Shown here piece by piece: positions 25,856 to 39,227 of a stretch of DNA of 64,000 nt (its first letter is position 1; every line of letters starts with the position of its first letter). The position numbers and the translations under genes are program-made. The DNA comes from Ranitomeya imitator (lineage: Eukaryota): positions 25,110,001 to 25,174,000 of the forward strand of contig NC_091291.1 of NCBI RefSeq assembly GCF_032444005.1. The letters run 5' to 3'. The notes beneath the pieces are model-generated. The model was given only the letters and a program-made list of their open reading frames with translations, was not told where the DNA came from and searched no databases.

Positions 25856-26217
25856 CTAGATTGTGGCCCGATTCTAACGCATCGGGTATTCTAGAATATG
25901 CATGTCCCTGTAGTATATGGACAATGATGATTCCAGAATTCGCGGCAGACTGTGCCCGTCGCTGATTGGTTGAGGCAACCATTATGACATCTACGTCGAT
26001 ACTGTGCCTGTCGCTGATTGGTCGAGGCGAATTTGCGTCAGACTGTGCCCGTCGCTGATTGGTCGAGGCAACCTTTATGACATCATTGTCGCCATGCTGT
26101 GCCCATCGCTGATTGGTCGAGGCCTGGCGGCCTCGACCAATCAGAGACGCGGGATTTCCAGGACAGACAGACAGACAGACAGACGGAAAAACCCTTAGAC
26201 AATTATATATATATAGA
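25856..26217 (-). mobile_element. Non-autonomous Helitron
   Basis: TC...CTAG termini and hairpin; same family as 16682-17228. Confidence 0.8.
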
Positions 26218-26333
26218 TAATAGATACCCTTTAAGAATGACAATTTTCCTTATCGCAGGTCCTTAAATACAGTATTATATCTTTGCCATGAAGTCAGACA
26301 GAGACAACACATCACTTAGTTACTTAGCGAGCT

Positions 26334-26339
26334 TTTATT
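26334..26339 (-). terminator. Candidate polyadenylation signal of gene B
   Basis: AATAAA on the minus strand about 390 nt after the stop, within a segment (tttattgaagtgttc) homologous among the paralog 3' ends. Confidence 0.5.
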
Positions 26340-26725
26340 GAAGTGTTCGGGTGATCATAAGTTAATTTAATTCTTTAAAAAAAAATCAGAAATTGCTGTT
26401 TTCTTTGCAGTAGTTTGATCAGTACATGCGTTAATAGTTTTCAGGTAGAGCCAAAAGCTGCAATTTATGGCTGCTGGAATACTACAACTCCCAGTACGAT
26501 AACAACATTACTTTACTTTGATTTGACTACTCAGAAATAAGCCTGAGCTTCCAACTGAAAAGACAAAAAAAAATAATATAGATGCCCCAATGGGCGGTGT
26601 TATACAATGCATCCTTCTATAGTATTTGTATATAAGATGAATCAGGTAAAGAGCGCTAGAATTGAAGTTGATCGATTTAATCGTAAAACGCATTCGCTGA
26701 AGATTCCGGGATTGTTCTGTAACTT

Positions 26726-29700
26726 CTAACACTTAAGGAACACCCTCTGTATTTCTTCCATCCCAACGTAGCTGTCAAAGTTGTAACGGCAGCTGTCAGA
26801 ATTAATGCAACCTTTAAAAGAATAGTCTTCCTCTGTCTTATCTGTAGACACAAAACCAACAGACATCATTAGGGAAAATATCTTATGCCCGTGTTCCACA
26901 TTCCGTGAACATAGTATCATTGTGACCGGAGTGGCACCCATTGCAAATAATCAAGTGTGCATAGGAGCGGTATACATTAATCGGTAGACTATTCAAGATT
27001 ATAGGAGAAGATGATTTTTTTTTTTATTATTTTTCATGTAATGGAGGAAAAAGATAATTTGGTTGAGAAAAAGAATGTGCAGATCTTTATGAAAAATTTA
27101 CTCACCCACATTCCTGATTTTTGCTCTATACTCCACACATCGGTTCATGGATCCAGTGCAGTTCATCTCCTTGTTAGTCTTACATTCCTCCAGAGTGCCG
27201 AGTCTGAAGCAAGATGGACATTTTACACCATTTGGGGTCGGATCCTCTTCGAAAACTAGAGAAACGCATTTAATTAGTATAGAAACTTGAATTCAGATCA
27301 CCCAGTTGCTCAATGCTCATCCACCTGGGGCTTAGGTGGCCGGCGATCATAGCAAGTGAGTAAATCTGCTACATAGAGGCGATCTAATCATCGCCTCTAT
27401 GAAGCAGAGCCAATTGACTTCTATCTCCCATGGAGACTATTGAAGCATGCCAAAAGTAAAAAGGAAATGTTTTTGAAAATATCAAAAAATCGAAAAGTTC
27501 AAATCACCCCCCCTTTTACCCCATTTAAAATAAAACAATAAAACTAAAATCAAGCGTACACATATTTAGTATTACCATGTTCTGAATCGCCTGATCTATC
27601 AATGATAAAAGGATTAACCGGATCGCTAAACTGCGTAGCGAGAAAAAAGTCAGAACGCCAGAATTAGGTTTTTTTGGTCGCCGAGACGTTGTATTAAAAT
27701 GCGATAATGGGCAAGCAAAAGATCGTATCTTCATTCAAGTGGTATCATTAAAAACATCAGATCGGCATGCAAAAAATAAGCTCTCACTCAACCCAAGGTC
27801 ACAAAAAATGGAGACGCCACGGGTATCATAATATGGCACCATTTTTTACAAAGTTTGGAATTTTTTTTCACCACTTAGATTAAAAAAGAACCTAGACATG
27901 TTTGGTGTCTATGAACTCGTAACGACCTGGAGAATCGTATTGGCAGGTCAGTTTTAGCATTTAGTGAACCTACCAAAAAAGACAAACAAAAAACAAGTGT
28001 GGGATTGCACTTTCCTTGCAATTTCACCGCACTTGGATTTTTTTTCCCGCTTTCTAGTACATGACATGGTAAAACTAATGATGTTGTTCTAAAGTACAAC
28101 TCGTCCCGCAAAAACCAAGCCCTATTGATGGAAAAATAAAAAAGTTATGGCTCTGGGAAGAAGGGGTGTGAAAAACAAAAACGCAAAACCGAAAAAGCTC
28201 TCGGGGTTTAGGGGTTAATGCTGTCTTATAACAATTATCATACTAACACTTACTTTCATATTCCTGATTGTTGCATAAATCTCCAGTGCAGCAATATACA
28301 TGAAATCGGAATTTCATCATTTCCACACTTCCTGTGCCTTTGGTTCCACACAAAGTTTCATTGGCACAGCCTTTATAAAATGACTTAAACAGCTTGTCAC
28401 CTACAAAGTAAATAAAAATACATCACCGAACCAGAGCTGAAATGTCAAACTGTATTTTTGGTGAAAAGAAGAATTAAAGAGCCACTGCCATCAAACTTAC
28501 TATCCTTGAAATATTTTGCAGTCACCGTGTTATACAGGACTGTGTACTTACAATTGCTCATTCTGCCTTTCTACTCAGTTAATTATTCTCTTTTCTCTGT
28601 TCTTTGTAGAAATAGGAAGTCTCTTTTCCTTGCATGAATCACTCCACTTTTCAACTTTTGACCCAGCTGATCCCTCTACCACTGCCAATGACTTCTGCAG
28701 TGATGGTGCATGCAGGAAAAAGAGACCTTCTGTTTCTACATAAAGCTTAGAAGGATTCAGCTAGTAAGTTGATGTCATAGACCTAATGGAAAAGAGAAGA
28801 ATTAGCTAAGAGAAAAAGAAAAATGAGCAATTGTTAGTACACATTGCTATGTAATATGATGATTGCACTATATCAAAAGTATAAAACCTTTGATAGGAGA
28901 GCTATTTTAAGTTGTACTCACCAAAGCAAAAGTATTGAGAGACGATCATACATCGATCTCCAAGGCATTCAGTCTCAGACACCTCACATTTTGTGGAGTT
29001 AGGGCACATGCACGAATTGCATTTATATGAAAAGACTAGACAAGAAAAAAAGGAGACAATCCAGTGATATTACGTGGAAACAATCAGAAAGAGGAATTCA
29101 TATTAACCCCTTCACCACCTCCGCCATAATAGAACTGCGGAGGTCGCTACCCTCCGTTTGACATGGGCTCCGGCGCTGAGCCCACATCTTTTCTGGCACA
29201 GAACAGCTATTTTGAACAGCTAACATGTGCCTGGAATTGCCGCGGGTGGAATCGCGATCCACCCGCGGCTATTACCTAGTTAAATGCCGCTGTCAAATTC
29301 AACAGCATTTAACGCACGCGTCCGACCATTGGGCCGGAAATCCTCCCACCAGTGACCCCTGTCGTATTATCGCGGGTCACCAGTGAGTTGGCATGACAAC
29401 CAGAGGTCTCCTGGAGACAGCAATTCTGCTACATACAGGTGATTTGATCATCGCCTGTATGTAGCAGAGGAGATTGAGTTATGGCAGCTTCTAGTCTCCC
29501 ATGGAGACTATTGAAGCATGCCAAAAGTAAAAAAGTAATGGTTTTAAAAATCTTAAGAAATTTAAAATATATAAAAGTTCAATGACAAAGAAGAGAAGGC
29601 AGCACTCACCGATCCTTAAAATGGTTTGTCCTTTATTCAGTCACATAATAAAACCTTTATGGCTCGGGGGGGGGGGTGGTGAAGATAGGAGTGTGAAGGC

Positions 29701-32700
29701 TCTAACGACAGCCGTTTCACACTGGTATAGCGCTTCTACGGGTCTGACCCGTAGAAGTCCTATACCAGTGCGAAACGGCCGTCGTCAGAGCCTGCACACT
29801 CCTATCTTCACCCTCCCCCCCGAGCCATGAAGGTCTTATTATGTGACTGAATAAAGGACAAACCATTTTAAGGATCGGTGAGTGCTGCCTTCTCTTCTTT
29901 GTCATATGGACTGCATTTCAATGTTTTTTCAGAGGAGCACCCGAGATCCGGGGGCTAAGCTTCAATGAGCATACTACGTGTTAGGTGCTTTGATCCAGTG
30001 AAGTCGGCGGTGCTCTCTACTATTTATCTTTTGACAGACACCAATATAAAAGTTTAAATCACCCCTCCTTCGCTCCACTCAAAATAAAACAATAAAAAAA
30101 TCAAGCCTACACATTTGGTATTGCTGCATTCAGAATCGCCCGATTTATCAAATAAAAAAAGGATTAACCTGATCGCTAGACGGCATGGCGAGAAAAAAAG
30201 TCAAACCGCCAGAATTACTTTTTTCGGTCACCGTGACATTGTATTAAAATGCAATAACAGGCAATCAAAAGAATGTATCTGCACCAAAGTGGTATCATTA
30301 AAAACGTCAGCTTGGCATGTAAAAGAATAAGCCCTCACCCAACCCGAGATCACGAAAAATGGAGATGCTACGGGTCTCGGAAAATGGCACAATTTTTTTT
30401 TAGCAAACTTCGGATTTTTTTTCACCACGTGTTTGGTGTTTGTGAACTCATAATGACCAGGAGAATCATAATGGCAGGTCAGTTTTAGCATTTAGTGAAC
30501 ATGGTAAAAACAAATTTAAAAAGTTGTGAAATTGTACTTTTTTTGCAATTTCACCACGCTTGGAATATTTTTCCCATTTTTGAGTACACGACATGGTAAA
30601 ACCAATGGTGTTGTTCAAAAGTACAACTTGTCCAGTAAAAAATATTGTCGTAAAAATGAAAAAGTTAAGGCTCTGGGAAGAAGGGGAACGAAAACCGGAA
30701 ATTAAAATCGTAAAAGGGCGGGGTCTTGAAGGGGTTAAATGGGGAATATTCTGGTTGTAATTAAAATCATGTTTTTCATAACCAACCAGACTCAGACATT
30801 GGTCATTGTCAACATAACTATCATGACTCCACATTGACTTTAAGTTTTCACTCATAATGGTCTTAATTAATTTTTCCATGGACATGGTGTAAAGTGCTTG
30901 GAAAAATCACAGAATATTATTAAAGTTACCCAAATGACTTTTGTTATTTTCACGCCAGCAAGAAGCATCTGTGCCAAAATTGATTATGCCCCCCATCAAA
31001 TTTAGTAAAGATGTCAGCATTCCTTTCTACTCCTTGACTAGGGTAGTCTTTCTGGCAAGGAAGCACACACAATATAGATTTTACACCAAATTCATTAATT
31101 GGCGTGTCTCTTAGTAAACAGAACCCTTAGGGTATGTTCACACTATGCGGTTTTTACCGCGGAACCGCCGCGATTTTGCCGCTTCGGGTCCGCAGCAGTT
31201 TTCCATGCAGGGTACAGTACAATGTTACCCTATGGAAAACAAAAACTGCTGTGCCCACATTGCGGAAAATCACGGGAAAAAACGCGCGGAATTGCTGCGG
31301 AAAAAAAGAAGGACCATGTCACTTCTTTGTGCAGAATCGCAGCGATTCTGCACCCATAGAAATGCATTGATCCGCTTACTTCCCGCATGGGGCTGTGCCC
31401 ACCATGCGGGAAGTAAGCAGATAATGTGCGGGTTATACCCGGGGTGGAGGAGAGGAGACTCTCCTCCAGGCCCCCGGAACCATATTTGAGTAAAAAAAAA
31501 AAGAATTAAAATAAAAAATAATGCTATACTCACCTCTGAAGTCTCACCGCTGCACGCGGCCGTCCGGTCTCAGGTTTGCTGTGCGACTAGGACCTGCGGT
31601 GATGTCGCGGTCACATGACCGTGACGTCACAAAGGTCCTGGTCGCACAGCATCTTTGGAACCGGACCGCCGCCTGCAGCGCCGAGGAGATCGGGACGTCA
31701 GAGGGTAAGTATATAATTATTTTATTATTTTTAACATTACTATTGATGCTGCATATTGCTGCATATGCAGCATCAATAGAAGGGGTAAAATCCCGCAGCA
31801 GAACCCGCAGGACAAACCGCGATAAATCTGCAGGGATAACCGCAGCGGGTTTGCCCTGCAGATTTATCAAATCCGCTGCGGGAGAACCCGCAGGACAGGA
31901 CGCAACGTGTGAATGTGGCCTTAATTAAGATTGGCTTGTGCAATGCAATCCTTAATCGGGCCCATAGACTTTAATCCAACACTGTAATAAACTTATGGAG
32001 CCAGATTAAAACTCATGTTTTTGCAGTCTATAAAGATCAGGTCAGTTCTCCATTTATCTGACACAAGTAGGAATCCCGAAGACAAGACATAAGAATTTAT
32101 TTATAGTAGTTTATTACTAGAGATGGGCAGACACCTTGATGTTCAGGTCCAGCGCGTTCGGACGAAAAGTTAAAAAAAGTTTTGGTTCGGGTACCAGAAT
32201 AGTACCAAGACACAAACCCAAATCCAGAACCAATTCACTTGAATGGGGGCCCCCAACATCCAGTGTTTGCCATGCTGTCATATGCTTGACAGTGTGGCAG
32301 ACACGGCTTCTGATCAGCGGTAGAATCATCACCGCTGGTCACGGTTCCCAAGCTGTCAAATCACAGCGAGAGCGCACAGATGTGATTGGAGGTATAAAAT
32401 TTACCTCCAGTCACTGGTGTCAGCTGATGGGTCTACTGCTCTCATCAGCCAACGCCTGCTCCCGATAATAACAGTGAAAGCAAGAGCGGCTGACAGGAGT
32501 ATTCATCAGCCGGCGCCTGCACTGTAAATAAGTGGCATGGGTTCCCCTGTACGTTTGATAACCAGCCTGGCAAAACTGACAGCTGGGGTGCTGCAACCCT
32601 CAGCTATCAGGTTCAAAAAGGCTGGTTATCAAAAATAGAGGGTGTCCCCTCTCCGATTTTTTTAAATTATTTAAATAAATATTTTAAAATAAAAAGCTTG

Positions 32701-33448
32701 GGGTTCCCTCCATTTTTAACAACCAGCCTTGCTAAAGGGGACAGCTGAGGCAGGTATTCTCAGGCTGTTAAGTGGCCATGGACATTGGCCCCCCAGCCTA
32801 GAAACAGCAGCCCGCAACCACCAAGAAGAGGCACATCAATTAAATGCACCAATTCTGGCGCTTTGCCCAGCTATTCCCACTTTCCCTGTAGCGGTGGCAA
32901 GTAAGGTTCATATTTGTGGGGTTGATGTCACCTTTGTATTGTCAGGTGACATCAAGCCCACAGATTAGTAGTGGAGAGGCATTTATGCAATCTATATGTA
33001 CTATACATATGCACATACTGTACATATAACAAATAAAATACACATAACCTTTAAAATTCATTGAAATGATCATTTGGTGTAAAATTTAAAATGTCATAAA
33101 ACATTAAACAAACAAACATATTTTTGGGGTATTTGTGTCACAAAAATATTGATAAATGACAGTAATTTATATGCATCTCCAAACAATTTATCTTGCCTAA
33201 AACAAGTCTTCATATTGCCGTGTCAGCTTAAAAAAATGAAACTTTGAAACTTTGAACTAAGGTCATCACATTTACCAGAAAAGATCAAGATCTACACGAC
33301 TTAGATTTTAATACTATTGAAAACCTGTCAAAAAATATGACAATGATGTACTGAAACGCCTTAATGTACTTTGTGTGTACGCTGCACTCGTCTTACCTGA
33401 GCCAACAAGAGCAGAGATCATGCAAAGGAAAGTGACCAGGTTCTTCAT
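26726..33448 (-). CDS. Gene B: secreted two-domain Ly6/uPAR protein (same family), 192 aa
   Basis: Exons 33448-33397, 29035-28922, 28400-28254, 27255-27106, 26841-26726 (579 nt), GT-AG, phase 1, open frame: MKNLVTFLCMISALVGSVFSYKCNSCMCPNSTKCEVSETECLGDRCMIVSQYFCFGDKLFKSFYKGCANETLCGTKGTGSVEMMKFRFHVYCCTGDLCNNQEYEIFEEDPTPNGVKCPSCFRLGTLEECKTNKEMNCTGSMNRCVEYRAKIRNVDKTEEDYSFKGCINSDSCRYNFDSYVGMEEIQRVFLKC. Confidence 0.9.
27330..28214. mobile_element. Partial TTAA-type (Kolobok-like) non-autonomous element in intron 3 of gene B
   Basis: Similar to 29107-30734; ends ggggttaa. The left end is missing. Confidence 0.55.
28478..28906. mobile_element. TTAA-flanked MITE in intron 2 of gene B
   Basis: TTAA at 28474-28477 and 28907-28910, imperfect TIRs, internal inverted repeats. 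Confidence 0.7.
29107..30734. mobile_element. TTAA-flanked (Kolobok-like) non-autonomous element in intron 1 of gene B
   Basis: TTAA|CCCCTTCA ... TGAAGGGG|TTAA termini; hosts the insertion at 29580-30043. Confidence 0.8.
29580..30043. mobile_element. Penelope-type palindromic insertion with back-to-back variant hammerhead-like motifs
   Basis: 11-bp TSD atataaaagtt (29569-29579, 30044-30054). Palindrome of about 325 nt at 29582-29905, centred on ctacgggtctgacccgtag. Confidence 0.65.
31130..31920. mobile_element. PIF/Harbinger-type MITE
   Basis: TTA TSD on both sides; imperfect TIR (gggtatgttcacac / gtgtgaatgtggcc). Confidence 0.65.
32118..33000. mobile_element. hAT-type non-autonomous element fragment
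   Basis: Begins TAGAGATGGGC (hAT-like TIR). No matching right end was found, so the end coordinate is approximate. Confidence 0.4.
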
Positions 33449-33512
33449 CGTGGATGATTGGTGGCTTTTCGGATTCTCTTCTGCTCGTCCTGTTGTCTGT
33501 GCACCGGGATCA

Positions 33513-33671
33513 TATAAATACTCTTTAGAAAGGTAAGAAAATGATCATATCATTGGATGGAGAAGATCTCTCCCATCACACCATGGCACTCAAGACTTTC
33601 AAAGTTTTCTTGGCAGGACTTTATTCTCCCAGTAAAGTTTAAGATTCTGGCTCAATGCAACTATGACGTGA
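33513..33671 (-). promoter_or_regulatory. Gene B proximal promoter
   Basis: TATTTATA (minus) at 33520-33513; TGACGTGA at 33664-33671. Confidence 0.6.
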
Positions 33672-34092
33672 TGGCTTATATTTTGTGGTGTTAAAGGTAT
33701 TTGTTGATTTAATCAATCCACAAAGACAATATTTAACTGTCTGAAAATATCTCAAGAACATATATTTATATTCCCTGAGGAATTTTGGGTGGATTCATGT
33801 TGTCGGTGTGCAGAAGATTCTTATTGTTTGCTTCTCTTCTCGGATGGCTTAAATAAATTTCCAATGCTACACAATAGTTAAATTCAACATTTGATTTATT
33901 AATAATATAAAGGTGCTTCTCACAAAATTAGAATATCATCAAAAAGTTAATTTATTTCAGTTCTTCAATACAAAAAGTGAAACTCCTATATTCTATAGAG
34001 TCATTACAGAGTGATCTGTTTCACGTGTTTATTTCTGTTAATGTTGATGATTATGGCTTACAGCCAATGAAAACCCAAAAGTCATTATCAAA

Positions 34093-34999
34093 TGCCGGGA
34101 TTCTCCCGCTGCATGGGGTAAATACTAAGCCTTGCCTGCATCTGCGGTCTCCCATCCAGCTTTGTCCTCTGCAGGTGCTGCTGAGCACAGACGTTGGTCC
34201 CAACGTCTTGCTGAGGCTCATGCTATTTGTCTGGTTACTGCTGGCTCTTCAGCCAAGCCTATAGTAACCAGCGGTAGTCAGCGATGAGCGAACACTCTGG
34301 AGAATAAGTCCAGAAATCACCCTACTGAGCATGCTCACGATGTGCCGATGTCTCATTGGTGGTCAGTTGTCAGCTGCTCTGATGATGTGGCAGCTCCGGA
34401 TTGGTCCACAGGCAAGGTCCGGTCCAATTGGACTTGAGCTTTACGTATAAAAGGCTCTCAGAGGCGCACGCCGGTGTGTTAGTATCAACCAAACCATTTT
34501 ACATGTGTGTATGAGACACTGGAACAGCGTGGTCTATGTCAGCATTTGATCAGGGTCGGCGGTAAGCTGTTAGGATTCCGGCACCTCTGGAGAGGAACTG
34601 GCTGTTGTTTTTTTTTGCTGGCTGTGTGACCACTCTTTGCTATTTATCCCATTTGCAGGTTTCGATTCCCTGTGAGGTTAACAGTGGTCGTGTTTAGCTT
34701 CAAACCTACTTTGTTACTGTGTGTGAATGATATAGCTCTACTGCAGAGAATCTTTTTCATCACTGAGTGTGAGTGACACAGCTCTATTGCAGAGCATCTA
34801 TTCTGTTTATGTGTGTGAGGGACACAGCTTTGTGTGCAGTTCTCTGAGTGACGTGTAACTTAGTGTGAGCTAGCAATCGCTCGCTGTGTGTTCCACCATT
34901 GTTCACATTAGCTGCAGTTTTACATCTCTGCACGGTGAATCCCAGGTTGTGACTGCACTCTTTATTAAATTTATTTACTGCAATCTGCCAACACTAACA
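34093..34999 (+). mobile_element. Solo LTR related to the gypsy #1 LTR family, nested in the Tc1 TIR
   Basis: TG...CA ends and a tataaaa box. The 3' end (cacggtgaatcccagg...ccaacactaaca) resembles the end of the 9761-10716 LTR. No clean TSD. Confidence 0.7.
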
Positions 35000-35106
35000 A
35001 TCTTTATCTCAGTAAATTAGAACACTTTATAACACCAGCTTGAAAAATTATTTTAAAATCAGAACTGTTGGCCTACTGAAATGTATGTTCAGTAAATGCT
35101 CTCAAT

Positions 35107-36061
35107 TAGGGTTGAGCGAAACGGGTCGGCCATTTTCAGAAGTCGCCGACTTTTGGCAAAGTCGGGTTTCATGAAACCCGACCCGACCCCTGTGTGGGGT
35201 CGGCCATGAGGTCGGCGATCTTCTGAATCTGGTATCGGAATTCCGATACCGAGATCCGATATGTTTGCAATATCGGAAATCGGTATCGGAATCCATATTT
35301 AAGTGTAAAATAAAGAATTAAAATAAAAAATATTGCTATACTTACCCTCTGACGCGCCCTGGTACTAACCGGCAGCCTTCCTTCCTTAGAATCAGCGCGT
35401 GAATCATCCTTAGAAGATGTCGCGGCTTGTGATTGGTAGCGCGACCGCCCATGTGACCGCTCACGCAACCAATCACAAGCCACGACATCACCGAAGGTCC
35501 TTCAAGCGCTGATTCTTAGGAAGGAAGGCTGCCGGAAAGAAGCAGGGCGCGTCCGAGGGTGAGTATATTCCTATTAGTTATATACTCACCCTCGGACGCG
35601 CCCTGCTTCTTTCCGGCAGCGTTCCTTCCTAAGAATCAGCGCTTGAAGGACCTTCGGTGACGTCGCGGCTTGTGATTGGTCGCGTGAGCGGTCACATGGG
35701 CGGTCGATCGACCAATCACAAGCCGCGACGTCATCTAAGGTCTTTCACGTGCTGATTCTAAGGAAGGAAGGCTGCCGGTTAGTACCAGGGCGCGTCAGAG
35801 GGTAAGTATAGCAATATTTTTTATTTTAATTCTTTATTTTACACTTTAATATGGATCCCAGGGCCTGAAGGAGAGTTTCCTCTCCTTCAGACCCTGGGAA
35901 CCATTAGAAACTCAATGCACTGCATTGGGTTTCGTGTTTCGGCCGACCCCGACCCCGACTTTTCTATACGATTGGCCGATTTCACTCGACCCGACTTTTG
36001 AGAAAGTCGGGTTTCGTGAAACCCGACCCGATCCTATAAAAGTAAAAGTCGCTCAACCCTA
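35107..36061. mobile_element. hAT-type palindromic MITE nested in the Tc1
   Basis: TIR TAGGGTTGAGCG / CGCTCAACCCTA, 8-bp TSD CTCTCAAT (35099-35106, 36062-36069), long internal hairpin centred near 35575. Confidence 0.92.
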
Positions 36062-38372
36062 CTCTCAATAATTGCTCAGGGTTGCTTTTGCATCAATTAC
36101 TGCATAAATGTGGTGTGGCATGGAGATGATCAGCCTATGGCACTGCTGAGGGGTTATGGAAGCCCAGGTTGCTTTGATAACAGCCTTCAGCTCGTCTGCA
36201 TTGTTGGGTCTGGTGTCTCATCTTCCTCTTGACAATACTCTATAGATTCTCTATGGGGTTAAGATCAGGCGAGTTTGCTGCCAATCAAGCACAGTGATAT
36301 TGTTGCTTTTAAACCAGGTATTGGTGCTTTTGGCAGTGTGGACAGGTGCCAAGTCCTGCTGGAGAATGAAATTTCCTTTTCCAAAAAACTTATTAGCAGA
36401 TTGAAGCATGAAGTGCTCTAAAATTTTCTGTTAGATGGCTGCGCTGACTTTGGTCTTCATAACACACAGTGGACCTACACCTGCAGATGACATGGCTCCC
36501 CAAACCACCACTGACTGTGGAGACTTCACACTAGACCTCCGGCAGCTTGAGTGGCTGACACAAGGAATGCGACACTTGTAGCCCACGTCCTGGATACGTC
36601 TGTGTGTGGTGGCTCTTGAAGCAATGACTCCAGCAGCAGTCCACTCTTCGTGAATCTTCCACAAATTTTTGAAAGGCCTTTTCTTAACAATCCTTTCCAG
36701 GCTGCGGTTATCCCGGCTGCTTGTGCATCTTTTTCTACCACACTTTTTCCTTTCACTCCACTTTCCATTAATATGCTTAGATACAACACTCTGTGAACAG
36801 CCAACTTCTTTAGCAATGACCTTTTGTGTCTTCCCCTCCTTGTGGAATGTGTCAATGACTGCCTTCTGGACATCTGTCAAATCATCAGTCTTCCCCATGA
36901 TTGTGGAGCCTACTGAAAGGGACCTTTTTTAATGCTTAGGAAGCCTTTGCATGTGTTTTTGTGTTTTTGTTAATTATTCTAATTTACTGAGATAATGACT
37001 TTTGGGTTTTCATTGGCTGCAAGACATAATCAACAACATTAACAGAAATAAACACGTGAAATAGATCACTGTGTTGTGAGAAGCACCTGCATCTTTGTTG
37101 GGTTTGGATCTTAATGTTTCTGATAAAACCCCCAACCTTGAAATAGAGTTAAAAAAAATTATGGCCAAATCTATGTGAAGCTATCTATTTATATAAGTAC
37201 CTTAAATTGTCTGTCATCCACTTCTGTCTGGACGTCCTCGAATCCCGCAATCCCCCGCGTCGCACCAGAAGTGATGGCCCTTGCGCAGTACCACCATCGG
37301 GTCATCACCAGAGCCCCCCTGCTGGGACTCCCCCACTGCAGGAATTCCACACCACAAGGACCCCTCCCCACTGCTGGGATCCAGGCCCCCACTGGGAACC
37401 CGACCACCGCTGGGATCCCAGCCTCTGCTGGAATCCAGACCACCGCTGGGATCCAGGCTGCCCCTGGGATCCAGACCACCGGGGCACCCTCCCAGCCGGG
37501 CAGCAGTAGGAAAATGATTCACTGCACAAGCGCAGTAAATCAGACCGCCATCTTTGTAGAGGCAGCTGGCACACGAGAAACAGAGAATACACAGGGAGCA
37601 GACAGCTCAAATGAGAGAACATATGATGAAAGAAGACAGCACAGGAAGAGGAGAGAGAGAGAAGACAAGGGGGAGAGCACATGTGGTAGACAGGTCAAAG
37701 AAGAGAGAACATGAGAGACAACACACAGGAAGGAGAGACAGTGCACAGGGCAGAGACAGGACTGGTCAGAGGAGAGAGCACAGAAAGGAGAACTCAGCAC
37801 ATGGTGGAAAGAGAGAGTGGATAGGTGGGTGAGCGCTTGGGGATGAGAGATTCTCAGTACTGCAAAGCCTCCATCTAGTATACATATAAACCTACAGTAT
37901 GATTTGCAAAAAAAACCCAACATTTTGAAATAATCACCAATTATGCTGAACCCGGCTGGAACTCCCACCAGGTCCCAGAGCAATGTAGAAGTTGAAGAAG
38001 CCAAGGCACAAAAAAGGCAGATTGTTGTTAAAAATATTGTTAATTATTCCTTGTCAATTAAAAAACAAAAACAGGAAGACACAGCAGGTAACGTTCAGTC
38101 ATAATTGCCCCTTATCAAACCAAATCTGTATGAATTTTCCTCTGGGATTGAAAAAGGCCAATTATGGCTGAAACGCTGCCTGCTGTGTCTTCATGTTCTT
38201 GTTTTTTAATTGACATGAAATAAAAAAACAAGTTTTGCTTACCAAAAATCTGTTGTTTTGGTGCTTCGGCTTTCCTGAAACTCTATAAAATGATAAAAAA
38301 AAATTAGCTTTCATCAAAACACCTCCTCAAAAAATAATAAATAATTAAAAAGAAAAATAAATAAATATTAGG

Positions 38373-39227
38373 CGTCGGGATTCTTCCTCTGCACAGGATT
38401 GATCCCAAAGCCTTATCTTCCTCTGCTGTCTCTCATTTAGCTTTGACAACAGTGGATGCTGCTCAGCAAAGATGAAGATATTGGTCTCGTCATCAGACTC
38501 GGGCTGTGCGCATTGTTACTGCTGCCTCTCCAGGTTCAGCTATGGTAACTAATAAGAGACAGCTGTCATTACTGAGACTAAGTCCAGGATTCATTCTACT
38601 GAGCATGCTTGTGAGGTGACGATCTCTCATTGGTGGTCTGTCATCAGCTGCTCAGGTCCTGTACTGGTTCCGGATTGGCCAGCGAGCAAGGTCTTGTCTG
38701 ATTGGCACAATCTATAAAAGGATCTTTGGCACGCCCGTCGGTGCGCTAAGATCATTTATGTTTTGTGAGTGTGTGGAACCTAACGGTAGTGTGGACTTGT
38801 TTGCGTGTGATCAGGGCTGGCGTATAGCCTTTAGAATTCTGGAACCTCCGGAGAGGAGTTTGATTGAATTCAGGGCAGATGTTAAGCCTTTAGAATTTCC
38901 ACACCTCCGGAGAGGAGTTTGTGTGCGTACACGCGCTGTGTTTGTGTCCACTACCTGTTCCCTTGCCCCAGTGAGGGTAGCATCATCCTGTGAAGTTAAC
39001 AGGGTTCGTGTTTAGCGCCATATCTGCTCTGTTACTGTGTGTGATTGACACATTCTTGTGTGCTATACACTGAGTGACATTTAACTCAGTGCGAGCTAAC
39101 TAGCGCTCGCTGTCTTGTTCCGCCATTGTTCATCCTAGCTGCAGTTTTCTATCTCTGCACGGTGGACCACGGGTTGCGATCGCACTTCATCTTAATTTAT
39201 ATTTAGTGCGATCCGCCAACCCTAACA
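38373..39227 (+). mobile_element. Solo LTR of the same gypsy-related group
   Basis: Starts (c)gtcgggattc, has a tataaaa box, ends cacggtggaccacggg...ccgccaaccctaaca. Confidence 0.7.

Larger units (their letters stand above)
33910..37089 (-). mobile_element. Degenerate Tc1 element with long (IR/DR-type) TIRs, hosting two nested insertions
   Basis: TIR (c)aggtgcttctcacaa / ttgtgagaagcacctg with roughly 200-bp inverted arms. Transposase remnant from ATG 36898 (MGKTDDLTDVQK...WGAMSSAGVGPL...), with an internal deletion and frameshifts down to about 36070. Confidence 0.85.

Noticed and set aside
37175-38004. 179-aa and overlapping Pro/Gly-rich ORFs
   Set aside because: They come from 18-21-nt tandem repeats and an AG-rich low-complexity tract; there is no recognisable domain or splice structure.
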